NCBI GenBank assembly: GCA_038212275.1
Contig: JBBQUR010000009.1
Coordinates: 159,293 to 223,292, forward strand
Direction of reading: 5' to 3'
DNA length: 64,000 bases
Source: Planctomycetota bacterium
Lineage (GTDB): Bacteria; Planctomycetota; B15-G4
Shown piece by piece: positions 28,164 to 37,204 of the stretch (positions are counted from its first letter, which is position 1; each line of letters opens with the position of its first letter). The position numbers were made by a program, and so were the translations under genes. The notes beneath the pieces were generated by a model. The model saw only the letters and a list, made by a program, of their open reading frames with translations, was not told the origin of the DNA and did no database searches.

Positions 28164-29264
28164 ATGTCATCGTTCCCCGTCCGTCCGCCCCGCCGATTCT
28201 CGCTGTCCCGCGTGCTGACAGCCGCCGTCGGCGTCGCCGCCTCGGCCGGTGTCTGCCTGGCCGCGGCCTCGCTGCTGCCGGCACTCGACCTGACGAGCTG
28301 GACGCAGTTCGATCCCGACAACGACTGGAACGTGTCCTTTCCCACGGCGACGAGCCTGCGCATGACCGAGCAGGTCACCAGCTCGTCGGTGCATCCGGGC
28401 TGGGTGGTGAGCGACTTCAACCTTGCGCCCGTCGTCACCGTCGAGTTCGACCTCGGCGTCACGGCCGGCACAAGCGATGACGATCTCATCGGCTTCGGCT
28501 TCTCGTGGCTCGACGGCAGTCACTCGTGGCTCATGGACTGGAAGAAGAACACCCAGACCTTCAACTGGGGCCAGCCAGTGCCCGTCAACGACGACGTCGC
28601 CGAGCAAGGCCTCAAGATCAAGCGGATCAACGGCTCCTATTCATGGGACGGCCTGTGGGGAGGCCAGGATGGTCTCGGTGTGAGCACCATCGCCGGCCCG
28701 GCGGGCGGAGCCTGGGTCGCGGGCACCGTCTATCACTTCGTGATGAACCTCTCTCCCGGCCACATCGTCGTCACGCGCAACGGCGTCGGGCTCTTCGATG
28801 TCGTCGATCCCTCGTATCCGGGCGGCGTGGGCGCCATCGCCTGCTACGGCTTCAGCCAGGGCAACATCAACCTGTCGAACGTCTGCATCACTCCTGCACC
28901 GTGGTTCAAGCTTGGTCTCGGAAAGGTCGGCAGCGCCGGCGTCCCGCAACTCTCCGGCAACGGCACGCTGAGTGATGGCTCGCTCAACGAGATCGTGCTG
29001 ACGAACGCCGCGCCGTCCGCGCCGGCGACGCTGATCTTCGGCCTGTCGGCGATCAACGCGCCGTTCAAGGGCGGCACGATGGTCCCGCAGCCCCTGCTCA
29101 CGCTGGCGCTCGGAACCTCCGGCGCCGGCTCCCTGAATCTGCCGTTCACCTGGCCGGCAGGAGTGCCCGCGGGAGTCCCCATCTACTTCCAGTACTGGAT
29201 CCAGGATGCGGGCGCGACGCACGGCCTGTCGGCCAGCAACGGATTGAAGGGCGTCTCGCAGTGA
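28164..29264 (+). CDS. Secreted protein: thrombospondin C-terminal-like lectin domain plus shared C-terminal domain
   Basis: GGAG RBS; signal; DDDLIGFGF, DWKKNTQ, GLKIKRI, DPSYPGG..FSQ..LSNV; tail PFKGG..WPAGVPAG..YFQYWIQD..SNGL. Confidence 0.8.
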   Translation: MSSFPVRPPRRFSLSRVLTAAVGVAASAGVCLAAASLLPALDLTSWTQFDPDNDWNVSFPTATSLRMTEQVTSSSVHPGWVVSDFNLAPVVTVEFDLGVTAGTSDDDLIGFGFSWLDGSHSWLMDWKKNTQTFNWGQPVPVNDDVAEQGLKIKRINGSYSWDGLWGGQDGLGVSTIAGPAGGAWVAGTVYHFVMNLSPGHIVVTRNGVGLFDVVDPSYPGGVGAIACYGFSQGNINLSNVCITPAPWFKLGLGKVGSAGVPQLSGNGTLSDGSLNEIVLTNAAPSAPATLIFGLSAINAPFKGGTMVPQPLLTLALGTSGAGSLNLPFTWPAGVPAGVPIYFQYWIQDAGATHGLSASNGLKGVSQ

Positions 29265-29379
29265 CGGGCTGACGGGTTCGGGCGCGCGCTCGTGCCTCAT
29301 GTGGCCGACGCGCGCGCCCGATCTCGCGGGTGCCACGCGGCAGCTGGCGCCACGAGGCAGCTGGCGGCTGCAGCGGATT

Positions 29380-30189
29380 TCAGCCGGCCGCGGCTGCGCC
29401 GCCCTTCGCCACGCCGAGTCGGCCCACGAGCGCGCCGGCGATGAGGTCGTCGGCGATGATGACCTCGGAGGCACCGGCGCGGCGCAGCAGCGCGCCGCGC
29501 TGGCTGTCGGAGCCCGTCACGGCGATCCGCAGGTTCGGGTTGAGCGAATGCGCCATGAGCGTGAGGGCGAGCTTCCGGTCCGAGTCCTCGGTCGTGACGA
29601 TGATGGCGCGGGCACTGTCCACGCGGGCGCGCTCCAGCACGGCGTCCTGCGCGCCGGCATCACCGAACACCACGAGGTGGCCAAGCGCCGAGGCGGCGTC
29701 GGCCAGCGGTTTGTCCCGCTCGATGACAACCACGGCGTCGCCCGCCGCCTTCAGTCGCGTGGCGACGAGCTCGCCAAGCGCCTGGAAGCCGATGACGACG
29801 ACGTGTCCGGACAGCTTCTCGAGGATGTGTTCCATGCGCCTGCTCTCTCTGTGGGCTGCGATGTCATCGCTGGACAGCATGCCGGTGAGTTTGGAAATCG
29901 CCCAGCCCGCGATGACCACGGTGAAGAACATGGCCACCAGCATGAAAATCTTCTGCCGCCTGTCGAGGGTCGAGAAGTCGCCGAGCGTGGTGATGAGGTT
30001 GGCGCTGTTCCAGAGCCCGTCGAAGGAGCGGCGGTAGAAGGGTTCGCCCGACTGGTCGAGCAGGGCCAGGCCGACGGAGCAGAACACGAGCAGCGCGAGC
30101 AGCAGTCCCAGCGTGCGCAGCGCCTGACGCCGCCACTCCTGGACGCGCAAGCGCGACCTGCGCACCTCGACGACGTGAAGGATGGGCAT
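29380..30189 (-). CDS. 2-TM potassium channel-like protein with RCK (TrkA-N) domain
   Basis: TM-pore(TTLGDF)-TM, then GHVVVIGFQALG, VVFGDA, LRRAGASEVI. Confidence 0.85.
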   Translation of the reverse strand: MPILHVVEVRRSRLRVQEWRRQALRTLGLLLALLVFCSVGLALLDQSGEPFYRRSFDGLWNSANLITTLGDFSTLDRRQKIFMLVAMFFTVVIAGWAISKLTGMLSSDDIAAHRESRRMEHILEKLSGHVVVIGFQALGELVATRLKAAGDAVVVIERDKPLADAASALGHLVVFGDAGAQDAVLERARVDSARAIIVTTEDSDRKLALTLMAHSLNPNLRIAVTGSDSQRGALLRRAGASEVIIADDLIAGALVGRLGVAKGGAAAAG

Positions 30190-30321
30190 CGGAGTTCCCG
30201 GGACAGGCCGGCCGGTCGGGCGGACGTTCCGCTCACCGCCTTGCGGCGAGCAGTCTAAGCATCCGGGCCCGTCCGCCGCGCACCTGTCTGCGGACGTTGC
30301 GATGCACTACGCTGCTCCGCC

Positions 30322-32379
30322 ATGGGAACGTGCGGCGTGCTGGTGGTGCGGGTGGCCCTTCTCGTCGGGACGACGCTGCACCTCAGCGCCCAGGATGTGC
30401 CGGCCGCGCAGGCAGCGCAGGCCGCGCAGGCAGCGCCGGACCAGCAGGTCGCGCAGGTCGCGCAGCTTGCGCCGGGTGCCCCGGCCGAGTCGCGGGCACT
30501 GCGCATCGAGCTCGGCCCGGAGGGGCCGGCGAGCGGAGCATGCGTCCTGCCCTTCCGGGGCCAGGTTGCGCTCACTGCTTCGCGCTGCGATGAGGCCGGC
30601 CGCGTGACGCTCGCTGATGCGGACGGCGTGGACAGCCTCGTGCTCTTCGGCCCGCCGGCGATCGCCTGCGTCGTGCCGCTGGCTCCCGATGCGACCGACG
30701 TGAGCGTGCCGCTCATCCGCCTTGCGGGCCGCGTGCTGGTGGACGGCGAGGCGCCGCGCGGGCCGATGTCACTCGGGCTCGCGCCGCTCACCGGCATGGC
30801 ACGCCTCTCCGGCGAGATGCTGCGTACCTTCGGCAAGGAGCTGGTGGAAAACCTCCGCACCACGACCGATGCGCAGGGGCGCTTCGACTTCGGCCTCGTG
30901 TCCACGTCGCTGTCCGGGCGCATCGAGGGGCCGCGCGACCTCGTCTCGATGGCGCAGGACGGGGCGCGCGGTCGCGCTGACAACATGGTGGCGTTCGAGC
31001 ATGCCGGCGCGGAGCTGGTGCTCGAGTTTCACGCGCTGCCGTGCCTCATCGGGCGGGTCGTCGATGCGCGGGGCGAGGCCGTGCCCGGCGCGCGTTACGA
31101 GCTGCACACGGTGTACGACAGCCGGTGGTCGAGCGGCACCTCCGGCAGCGTGGATGCCGCGGGAGGCCTGCGCATTCCGTTGTACGACGAGGCCATGAAA
31201 GAAGGTGTCCTGCAGCTCAGCGGCCCGCCCGGGTCGGGGCGTCGGACGCTGTCCCTCAAGAAGAGTGTCGGTGACGTGAATCTCGGCGACATCGTGCTCG
31301 AGCCGTATGCGGTGCTGCCGGTCGCTGTCCGCGATACGGAGGGGCGGCCGATCGTCGGCGCGATCGTGTACAGCCCGACCGGCTCCGCGCGCAGCGACCC
31401 GTCGGACAGCGAGGGGCGCATCCTGTTCACCGGCGTCGTCGACAGCGAGCCGCAGGTGCGTGTCGCGGCGCTGGGCTTTCAGTCGATGGACGTCCCTTCG
31501 CACGCCGCATCGAAGCTGCCGGTGGACGTGGTGCTCCAGCGGCTCGCGACGCTGGCCATCGACGTGCGCGCGGCGGACGGAACTCCTGCCGAGAAGCTGC
31601 AGCTCCGGCTGGAATGCGACATGCCGCTCTTCGTGGACCCCGCCGCGGGTTTCGACAGGCCGCTGCAGGAGCGGCTCGGCGCGAACTCCGTGCGCGGCTG
31701 CACGGGAACGTCGGGATGCTGCTTCGCGTCGGTCTACTTCTGCGGAGGCAGGGCGCTGCTCACCGGTCTGCGCGACGGCGTGACCATCCGTGCCTCGCTC
31801 ACGGACCGCTGCGGCACGGAGCTGCGCCCGACGGAAAGCATCGTGGTGACGGACCGCGCACAGCTCACGCGCAGCTGGCAGCTCTCCCGCTCGCCGCGCG
31901 ACGTGACCGTCCTCGTGCGTGCACCGGACGGTTCGCCGGTGCCGAACGCTCCCGTGGCGCCCGCGTGCGTCGACGCCGTGCTGAACGACCGGGAAGGGCG
32001 CGCCCTGCTGCACGACGTCTTCGGCGACGAACTGAGCTTCGAAGTGCGACCGCCGCCTGCGAGCGGCCTCGGCCGCACGGAGAAGCTGACGCGCAGCATC
32101 CCGCCCGACGGCCTCATCGTCGTGGACGTGGTGCCCGCCCGCACGCTCGTCATCGAGGTGGTGGAGGAGGACGGCACGCCCGTCGACGCCACGGTGCGCC
32201 TGGACGGCTTCGGCTCATTCATCGTCGATGGTCGGCGGACGGGCCCCGGCCGCTACGAGGCCGGCGGCTACGGCGAAGGCGACGTGCGCATCACCGTGAG
32301 CGACGGCCAGCGCGCCGACGCCCGGCTGCACGACACGGCAGTTCCGGTGGCTCGCTTCGTGCTGCCGACCGTGCACTGA
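30322..32379 (+). CDS. Secreted protein with carboxypeptidase-regulatory-like (beta-sandwich) repeats
   Basis: Signal; repeated GRVVDxxGxPVPGA / TDxxGRF motifs. Confidence 0.75.
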   Translation: MGTCGVLVVRVALLVGTTLHLSAQDVPAAQAAQAAQAAPDQQVAQVAQLAPGAPAESRALRIELGPEGPASGACVLPFRGQVALTASRCDEAGRVTLADADGVDSLVLFGPPAIACVVPLAPDATDVSVPLIRLAGRVLVDGEAPRGPMSLGLAPLTGMARLSGEMLRTFGKELVENLRTTTDAQGRFDFGLVSTSLSGRIEGPRDLVSMAQDGARGRADNMVAFEHAGAELVLEFHALPCLIGRVVDARGEAVPGARYELHTVYDSRWSSGTSGSVDAAGGLRIPLYDEAMKEGVLQLSGPPGSGRRTLSLKKSVGDVNLGDIVLEPYAVLPVAVRDTEGRPIVGAIVYSPTGSARSDPSDSEGRILFTGVVDSEPQVRVAALGFQSMDVPSHAASKLPVDVVLQRLATLAIDVRAADGTPAEKLQLRLECDMPLFVDPAAGFDRPLQERLGANSVRGCTGTSGCCFASVYFCGGRALLTGLRDGVTIRASLTDRCGTELRPTESIVVTDRAQLTRSWQLSRSPRDVTVLVRAPDGSPVPNAPVAPACVDAVLNDREGRALLHDVFGDELSFEVRPPPASGLGRTEKLTRSIPPDGLIVVDVVPARTLVIEVVEEDGTPVDATVRLDGFGSFIVDGRRTGPGRYEAGGYGEGDVRITVSDGQRADARLHDTAVPVARFVLPTVH

Positions 32380-32392
32380 CCCGACGGGTGCG

Positions 32393-32911
32393 TCAGCGCT
32401 GGAAGTTCTCGAACATGGCCTGCACCGCGAAGTCGAGGCGCACGAGAACGTCTTCACGCGAGTAGAGCGTGTCGGCCGTCGAGCGCGCGACACCGCGCCA
32501 GAGCAGGACATCCGTGCCGGTCTCGAAGACGTCGACGATCAGGCAGCCCTCGGTGATGAGCACCGGGTCGGCGGAGCCACCGGTCGCCTTGCTGACAGCC
32601 TCGGCTTCCTCGCGGGTGCCGACGGCGGCGAGGGACACGCTGACGTCGGCGCCTGAGGTCACCCTCGTGTAGCCGGCCTGCTGCATCCGGGCGTTCACGG
32701 CATCGCGCAGCGCATCGGCCAGGTCGACGCCCTTGCCGGCCCACGTGCCGGTCCTGTCGGCGAGCACGACGGCCGCGCTGTCCCACTGGTAGGTTCTGGC
32801 GGCGCGCAGGTTGGCATTGCCGTAGGTCCGCGAATCGGCCCGGATGTCACTTGTGACCGAGGCGCACGAGACGGTCAGCAGAAGCAGCAACAGCGGCAGT
32901 GCGAGACGCAT
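32393..32911 (-). CDS. DUF4136-like lipoprotein, paralog 2
   Basis: MRLALPLLLLLLTVSC lipobox; colinear with 27431..27946 (TYQW, D.TGTW, TEG.L, WRG.ARSTA). Confidence 0.82.
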   Translation of the reverse strand: MRLALPLLLLLLTVSCASVTSDIRADSRTYGNANLRAARTYQWDSAAVVLADRTGTWAGKGVDLADALRDAVNARMQQAGYTRVTSGADVSVSLAAVGTREEAEAVSKATGGSADPVLITEGCLIVDVFETGTDVLLWRGVARSTADTLYSREDVLVRLDFAVQAMFENFQR

Positions 32912-33133
32912 GGTCGGAATCCCCTTCAGGGTGGGTTGGCGCGGTTCGTGAGGATTCCAAAGCTTCGCCGGGAGAATCAACTGGTGGTGCGCGCGGCGGT
33001 ACCCGAGCATTCCCGCAGAGCGCTCCCGATCGACCGCGGGAGCAGGCCGGCGGGCGGCATCGCCAGTCAGCATGGCCAGCCAGCATCGAAGGGACCGCGA
33101 CGAATCGGGGGGCGCTTCCCGCTTGGACACTGC

Positions 33134-34825
33134 ATGAACACGACCAAGCCCGCACTCGATGACCTGCTCGACCAGCTCGTAGCCGAATATTCCGACCGTC
33201 TCGCGCGGGGAGGGCCGGACAAGGGCGTCGGGGAGCAGGCGCCCCGCAAGCCGGGCGACGCACCCGCCGACGGCAGCGACCTGATCGCGCGCGTGCCGGC
33301 GGAACACCGCGACGGCCTGCAGCGTTGCTTCCGCATGCTGCAGGCCGGTGTGGGCACGGCGCCGCGTCGCGCCGGGGCACCCGTGCCGGGGGACGTGTTC
33401 GGCGACTTTCGCATCGTGAGCGAGCTGGGGCGCGGCGGGATGGCCATCGTGTATCTCGCGGTGCAGCAGGAGCTGTCACGGCAGGTCGCGCTGAAGGTGC
33501 TGCGCCCGGGGCTCGCGGTCGAGGCGCGCCACGTGGACCGCTTCCGGCGCGAGGCGCTCGCCGTCGCGCGTCTGCAGCACCCGCACATCGTCGCGGTGTA
33601 CGCGGTGGGCGAGTCCCGGGGCTTCCACTACATCGCGATGGAGTACGTGGACGGCCGCTCGCTGGCGGAGGTCTTCGATGCGCTGCCGCAGGACCGGCCG
33701 CGCTCGGCGCAGGACCTGGCCGCGGCTTCGGGCCTGCCGGCGGTGGCGGTCGAGGGCAAGTCCTTCGAGCAGGCCTTCTGCGCGCTGCTCGCGCCGGTCG
33801 CGCGCGCGCTGGCCACGGCGCACGAATGCGGCCTCGTGCATCGCGACGTCAAGCCCAGCAACATCCTCGTGCACAAGGACGGGCGCGCGGTCATCGCGGA
33901 CTTCGGCCTCGTGCAGGGCGACGGCGATCCGGGGCTGTCGCTCACGGGCGAACCGCTCGGCACGCCTTACTACATGTCGCCGGAGCAGGCGGCGGTGAGC
34001 AGCGCGCGCGTGGATCAGCGCACCGACGTGTACAGCCTCGGTGTCACGCTCTACGAGGGTCTGTCGGGCCGACGACCCTTCGAGGGCGAGACGCTGCTGG
34101 CGGTCCTGGCCGCCGTGCGCGAGCACCAGGTCCCGCCCTTGCGCGGCGCAGGATCGGGTGCGTCCCGAGGCGCTCCGCGAGACCTGACGCGCGACGCAGA
34201 GGCCGTGACGCGGCGGGCGATGGAGCGTCGCCCCGAGGATCGCTACGCGACGTCTCTGGAGTTCGCGGCGGACCTGCTTGCGCTGGCGGATGGCCGCGGC
34301 ACGCAAGCCGCGCTGCGCGAGGGCGGCGCGACGCGGCGCCAGGCGCGCCTGCTCAGGGCGCTCATCCGCGGCGAGATCACGGAATACCGTTCGAGCGCGC
34401 AGCTCTTCGGGTGGCCGCTCGTGCACTTCGTGGGTCGAGTGCCCGGGCGGCGTTCGAAGCTGGCCAGCGGCTGGGTGGCCGTGGGGTGCCGCGCCGTCGG
34501 CGTCGTGGCCGTCGGAAACCGGGCGCTTGGCGTGCTCGCGCTCGGCGGCGCGTCGGCAGGCATCGTGTCGCTGGGCGGGCTGGCGTTCGGCGTGCTCCCG
34601 CTGGGCGGGATCGCGGCAGGCTGGATGGCGGTGGGCGGCGGCGCGGTCGGTTTCGGCGCCGTGGGAGGCGCGGCCTGCGGCTACTACGCGATGGGAGGCG
34701 GCGCCTGGGGCATGCACCTCATCACGAACGCGGTGCAGGACCCCGCGGCGCTGGAGTGGTTCCGTCCGTGGCTCGACTGGATCACCCTCGTGCCCGGCAT
34801 GGAGGTGTTGCAGCGATTCTTCTGA
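33134..34825 (+). CDS. Hanks-type Ser/Thr protein kinase with Gly-rich hydrophobic C-terminal repeat
   Basis: LGRGGMAIVY, VALKVL, HRDVKPSN, DFG, GTPYYMSPEQ, DVYSLG. Confidence 0.93.
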   Translation: MNTTKPALDDLLDQLVAEYSDRLARGGPDKGVGEQAPRKPGDAPADGSDLIARVPAEHRDGLQRCFRMLQAGVGTAPRRAGAPVPGDVFGDFRIVSELGRGGMAIVYLAVQQELSRQVALKVLRPGLAVEARHVDRFRREALAVARLQHPHIVAVYAVGESRGFHYIAMEYVDGRSLAEVFDALPQDRPRSAQDLAAASGLPAVAVEGKSFEQAFCALLAPVARALATAHECGLVHRDVKPSNILVHKDGRAVIADFGLVQGDGDPGLSLTGEPLGTPYYMSPEQAAVSSARVDQRTDVYSLGVTLYEGLSGRRPFEGETLLAVLAAVREHQVPPLRGAGSGASRGAPRDLTRDAEAVTRRAMERRPEDRYATSLEFAADLLALADGRGTQAALREGGATRRQARLLRALIRGEITEYRSSAQLFGWPLVHFVGRVPGRRSKLASGWVAVGCRAVGVVAVGNRALGVLALGGASAGIVSLGGLAFGVLPLGGIAAGWMAVGGGAVGFGAVGGAACGYYAMGGGAWGMHLITNAVQDPAALEWFRPWLDWITLVPGMEVLQRFF

Positions 34826-34911
34826 GCCGCACGCCGCACGCCGCACGGTCCGCGCCGGAATCGGCGCGACCCGCGCGCCCTTTGCCGGTTCGCTCGGCGG
34901 AGGACATGCTC

Positions 34912-35862
34912 ATGTCGATGCGAAGTTCCCGGCGACTGCTGCTGCTCTGCCTGCTGGCGGTGCTGCCGTCGAGTTGCCGCTCGGTGTCGCCGGCCCGCGA
35001 AGTGGTCATGGCCGAGTCGCCGACGGAGATGTCGCTCCGGTCGGCGCAGGGCGAGGTGCCCGACCACGTGCCCGACCAGGTGCCAGTCGACAGGTCGGCG
35101 GCGCTGCCGGTCCGGTGGCAGGCATGGACGCTCTTCGAGGTGGACGGGCAATTCGTTTACGCAGTGGATGCCGACGACGCCGAGGCCACTGCCGCACTGG
35201 CCCGCGCGGCACACGACGACTTCCGCGCGCGCACCGGCCGCGAGCCGAGCAACAGGCTGCTCCTCGTGGCCGATCACGACCTGTGGCTGCCGGACGGCGA
35301 CCCGTGCCGTCGGCTGGAACTCGCCCACGAGGGTGACGCCGCCCTGCACCCGCGCCGCGACGCTGACTCCGACGGCGATGCCGACGCCGAAGCCGCCGAC
35401 CTGGCGCCTGCCTCGTGCGAGGAGCTGACCGCGCAGGCCAGGGACATGGATGTCGACCCGCGACAGATCCTCTGTCTCATCGCGCATCCGGTGCGCGTGA
35501 AGCGTTGCGTGGACGACTTCGGCCTGCCGGCCGACGCGCAAGCGGCGTGGGACTGGGTCGTGCTGCTGCCGGCAGAGGACTGCGTCGACGACGGCATGGA
35601 GGCCGTCATGAGCGGGGCGATGCAGCAGGAGCTGTCCTTCGTGGAGCGCCTGCTGGCGGCTCCGGTCATGCCCTTCATCCGCAGCACGGCCGTCGAGGTC
35701 ACACTCTCCAGCCAGAAGCTGCTGCTTTTCGAGTTGCACGCCGCCGCGCAGGCCGACTGGTCCGAGGCGCAGCGCGAGCGGCTCGCCCGGGATTACGAGG
35801 ATGCGCTCGAGCGCGGCGTCGACGAGGGCGTACCGGCGGCGGTGGACGACGCCACCCCCTGA
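34912..35862 (+). CDS. Hypothetical lipoprotein
   Basis: GGAGGA RBS; MSMRSSRRLLLLCLLAVLPSSC; acidic globular remainder. Confidence 0.7.
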   Translation: MSMRSSRRLLLLCLLAVLPSSCRSVSPAREVVMAESPTEMSLRSAQGEVPDHVPDQVPVDRSAALPVRWQAWTLFEVDGQFVYAVDADDAEATAALARAAHDDFRARTGREPSNRLLLVADHDLWLPDGDPCRRLELAHEGDAALHPRRDADSDGDADAEAADLAPASCEELTAQARDMDVDPRQILCLIAHPVRVKRCVDDFGLPADAQAAWDWVVLLPAEDCVDDGMEAVMSGAMQQELSFVERLLAAPVMPFIRSTAVEVTLSSQKLLLFELHAAAQADWSEAQRERLARDYEDALERGVDEGVPAAVDDATP

Positions 35863-36932
35863 GCGGGCTCGTCGTCGTGCGTCGCATCGGGTGCGTTCTG
35901 CACCCACGCGACGCAGAGCTTCCACGTGACCGCGAGGACCATCGGCCCGATGAAGAGGCCGACGAGCCCGAACGCGATGAGTCCGCCGACGACGCCCGAG
36001 AAGATGAGCAGCAGCGGAAGGTCCGCGCCCTTCCGGATGAAGTAGGGTCGCAGGAAGTTGTCCATCGTGCCGACGATGATGGACCACACGAGCAGCGCCG
36101 TGGCCCAGGCGGTGTCGTCCTTCATGTAGAGCCAGATCACCGAGCAGGCGAGCACCGGAATGGGGCCGATCTGCGCGACGGCAAGCAGGAACATGATGGC
36201 GGTGAGCATCGCCGCCAGGGGCACGCCGGAGACGGCGAGGCCGATGCCTCCCAGCACGGACTGCACGAGCGCCGTCCCGACCACGCCCATCGCGACGCCC
36301 CGGATGGCCTGGCCCGCGAGGCGCACCGAGTCCTCGCCGTGCTCCTCGCTGACGCGCCGGGCAAACGCGACGATGCCGGAGCGGGCCAGCTCTCCCTTCG
36401 CGTAGAGCACGGCCGCGATGACGATCGTGAGCAGGAATTGCATCGTGATCGCGCCAAGGCTGCCGACCTGCCCCACGAACCACGAGAGCACCTCGCTCAC
36501 GTAGGGCGTGAGGCGTCCCCGCAGCGCTCCCTCGCTGGTGAGCTGACTCCAGTGCGCGACCAGCTTGTCGCCGACGTAAGGCAGGTCGGCGAGCCAGTGC
36601 GGGGGCGGGCCGAGCACGCCATCTTCCACCGCGGCAGCCCAGCCTTTGATGTCGCCGGCGTGCGACACGATGGTGCCGATGGCAAGCGACAGCGGAACCA
36701 CGAACACGAGCAACAGGGCGATGGACATGACCACGACCGCGAGCGTGCGCCGGCCCCACAGCCGCTTCTGCACCGCGAGCATGAGCGGCCAGGTGGACAC
36801 GGCGATCATCGTGGCCCACACGACGGCCGGCAGGAACGGACGCAGCACCCAGAGTGACAACGTGATGAGACCGCCGAGCACGACGATCGAGATCACGGGG
36901 CGGAAGAGTTCGCCCTTGGATGTCGAGTTCAT
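35793..36932 (-). CDS. ydiK: AI-2E family transporter (YdiK-like)
   Basis: LRPFLPAVVWATMIAVSTWP, AIRGVAMGVVGTA, DNFLRP, GLFIGP. Confidence 0.9.
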   Translation of the reverse strand: MNSTSKGELFRPVISIVVLGGLITLSLWVLRPFLPAVVWATMIAVSTWPLMLAVQKRLWGRRTLAVVVMSIALLLVFVVPLSLAIGTIVSHAGDIKGWAAAVEDGVLGPPPHWLADLPYVGDKLVAHWSQLTSEGALRGRLTPYVSEVLSWFVGQVGSLGAITMQFLLTIVIAAVLYAKGELARSGIVAFARRVSEEHGEDSVRLAGQAIRGVAMGVVGTALVQSVLGGIGLAVSGVPLAAMLTAIMFLLAVAQIGPIPVLACSVIWLYMKDDTAWATALLVWSIIVGTMDNFLRPYFIRKGADLPLLLIFSGVVGGLIAFGLVGLFIGPMVLAVTWKLCVAWVQNAPDATHDDEPAQGVASSTAAGTPSSTPRSSASS

Positions 36933-37123
36933 GGGCCGCCCCGCGAGACGAGAGTCCGTCGGAATGCCGTGAAGCCGTCGAGCCTGCTGACCGGCAGCAG
37001 ATGTGATAGGTCATCGCGTGGCGCCGATCCAGCCCGTGCGCGTCGGCGCATGCCTGGCGATCGGGAACCGCCGGCATGCGCACGACCGGCGCGGCAGGGT
37101 GGTCTCGAGCGAGTCTTCCTCGT

Positions 37124-37153
37124 TTGACGCTCGGTGCACGGTCTCGGTAGCTT
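37124..37153 (+). promoter_or_regulatory. Possible sigma70-type promoter for the sulfatase cluster
   Basis: TTGACG-N18-TAGCTT about 50 bp upstream of ATG 37205. Confidence 0.35.
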
Positions 37154-37204
37154 GCTGAACTGAAGTCCAGTGCCAGTTGTCATGCAGCCCGGGAGAAAAC
37201 TCTG

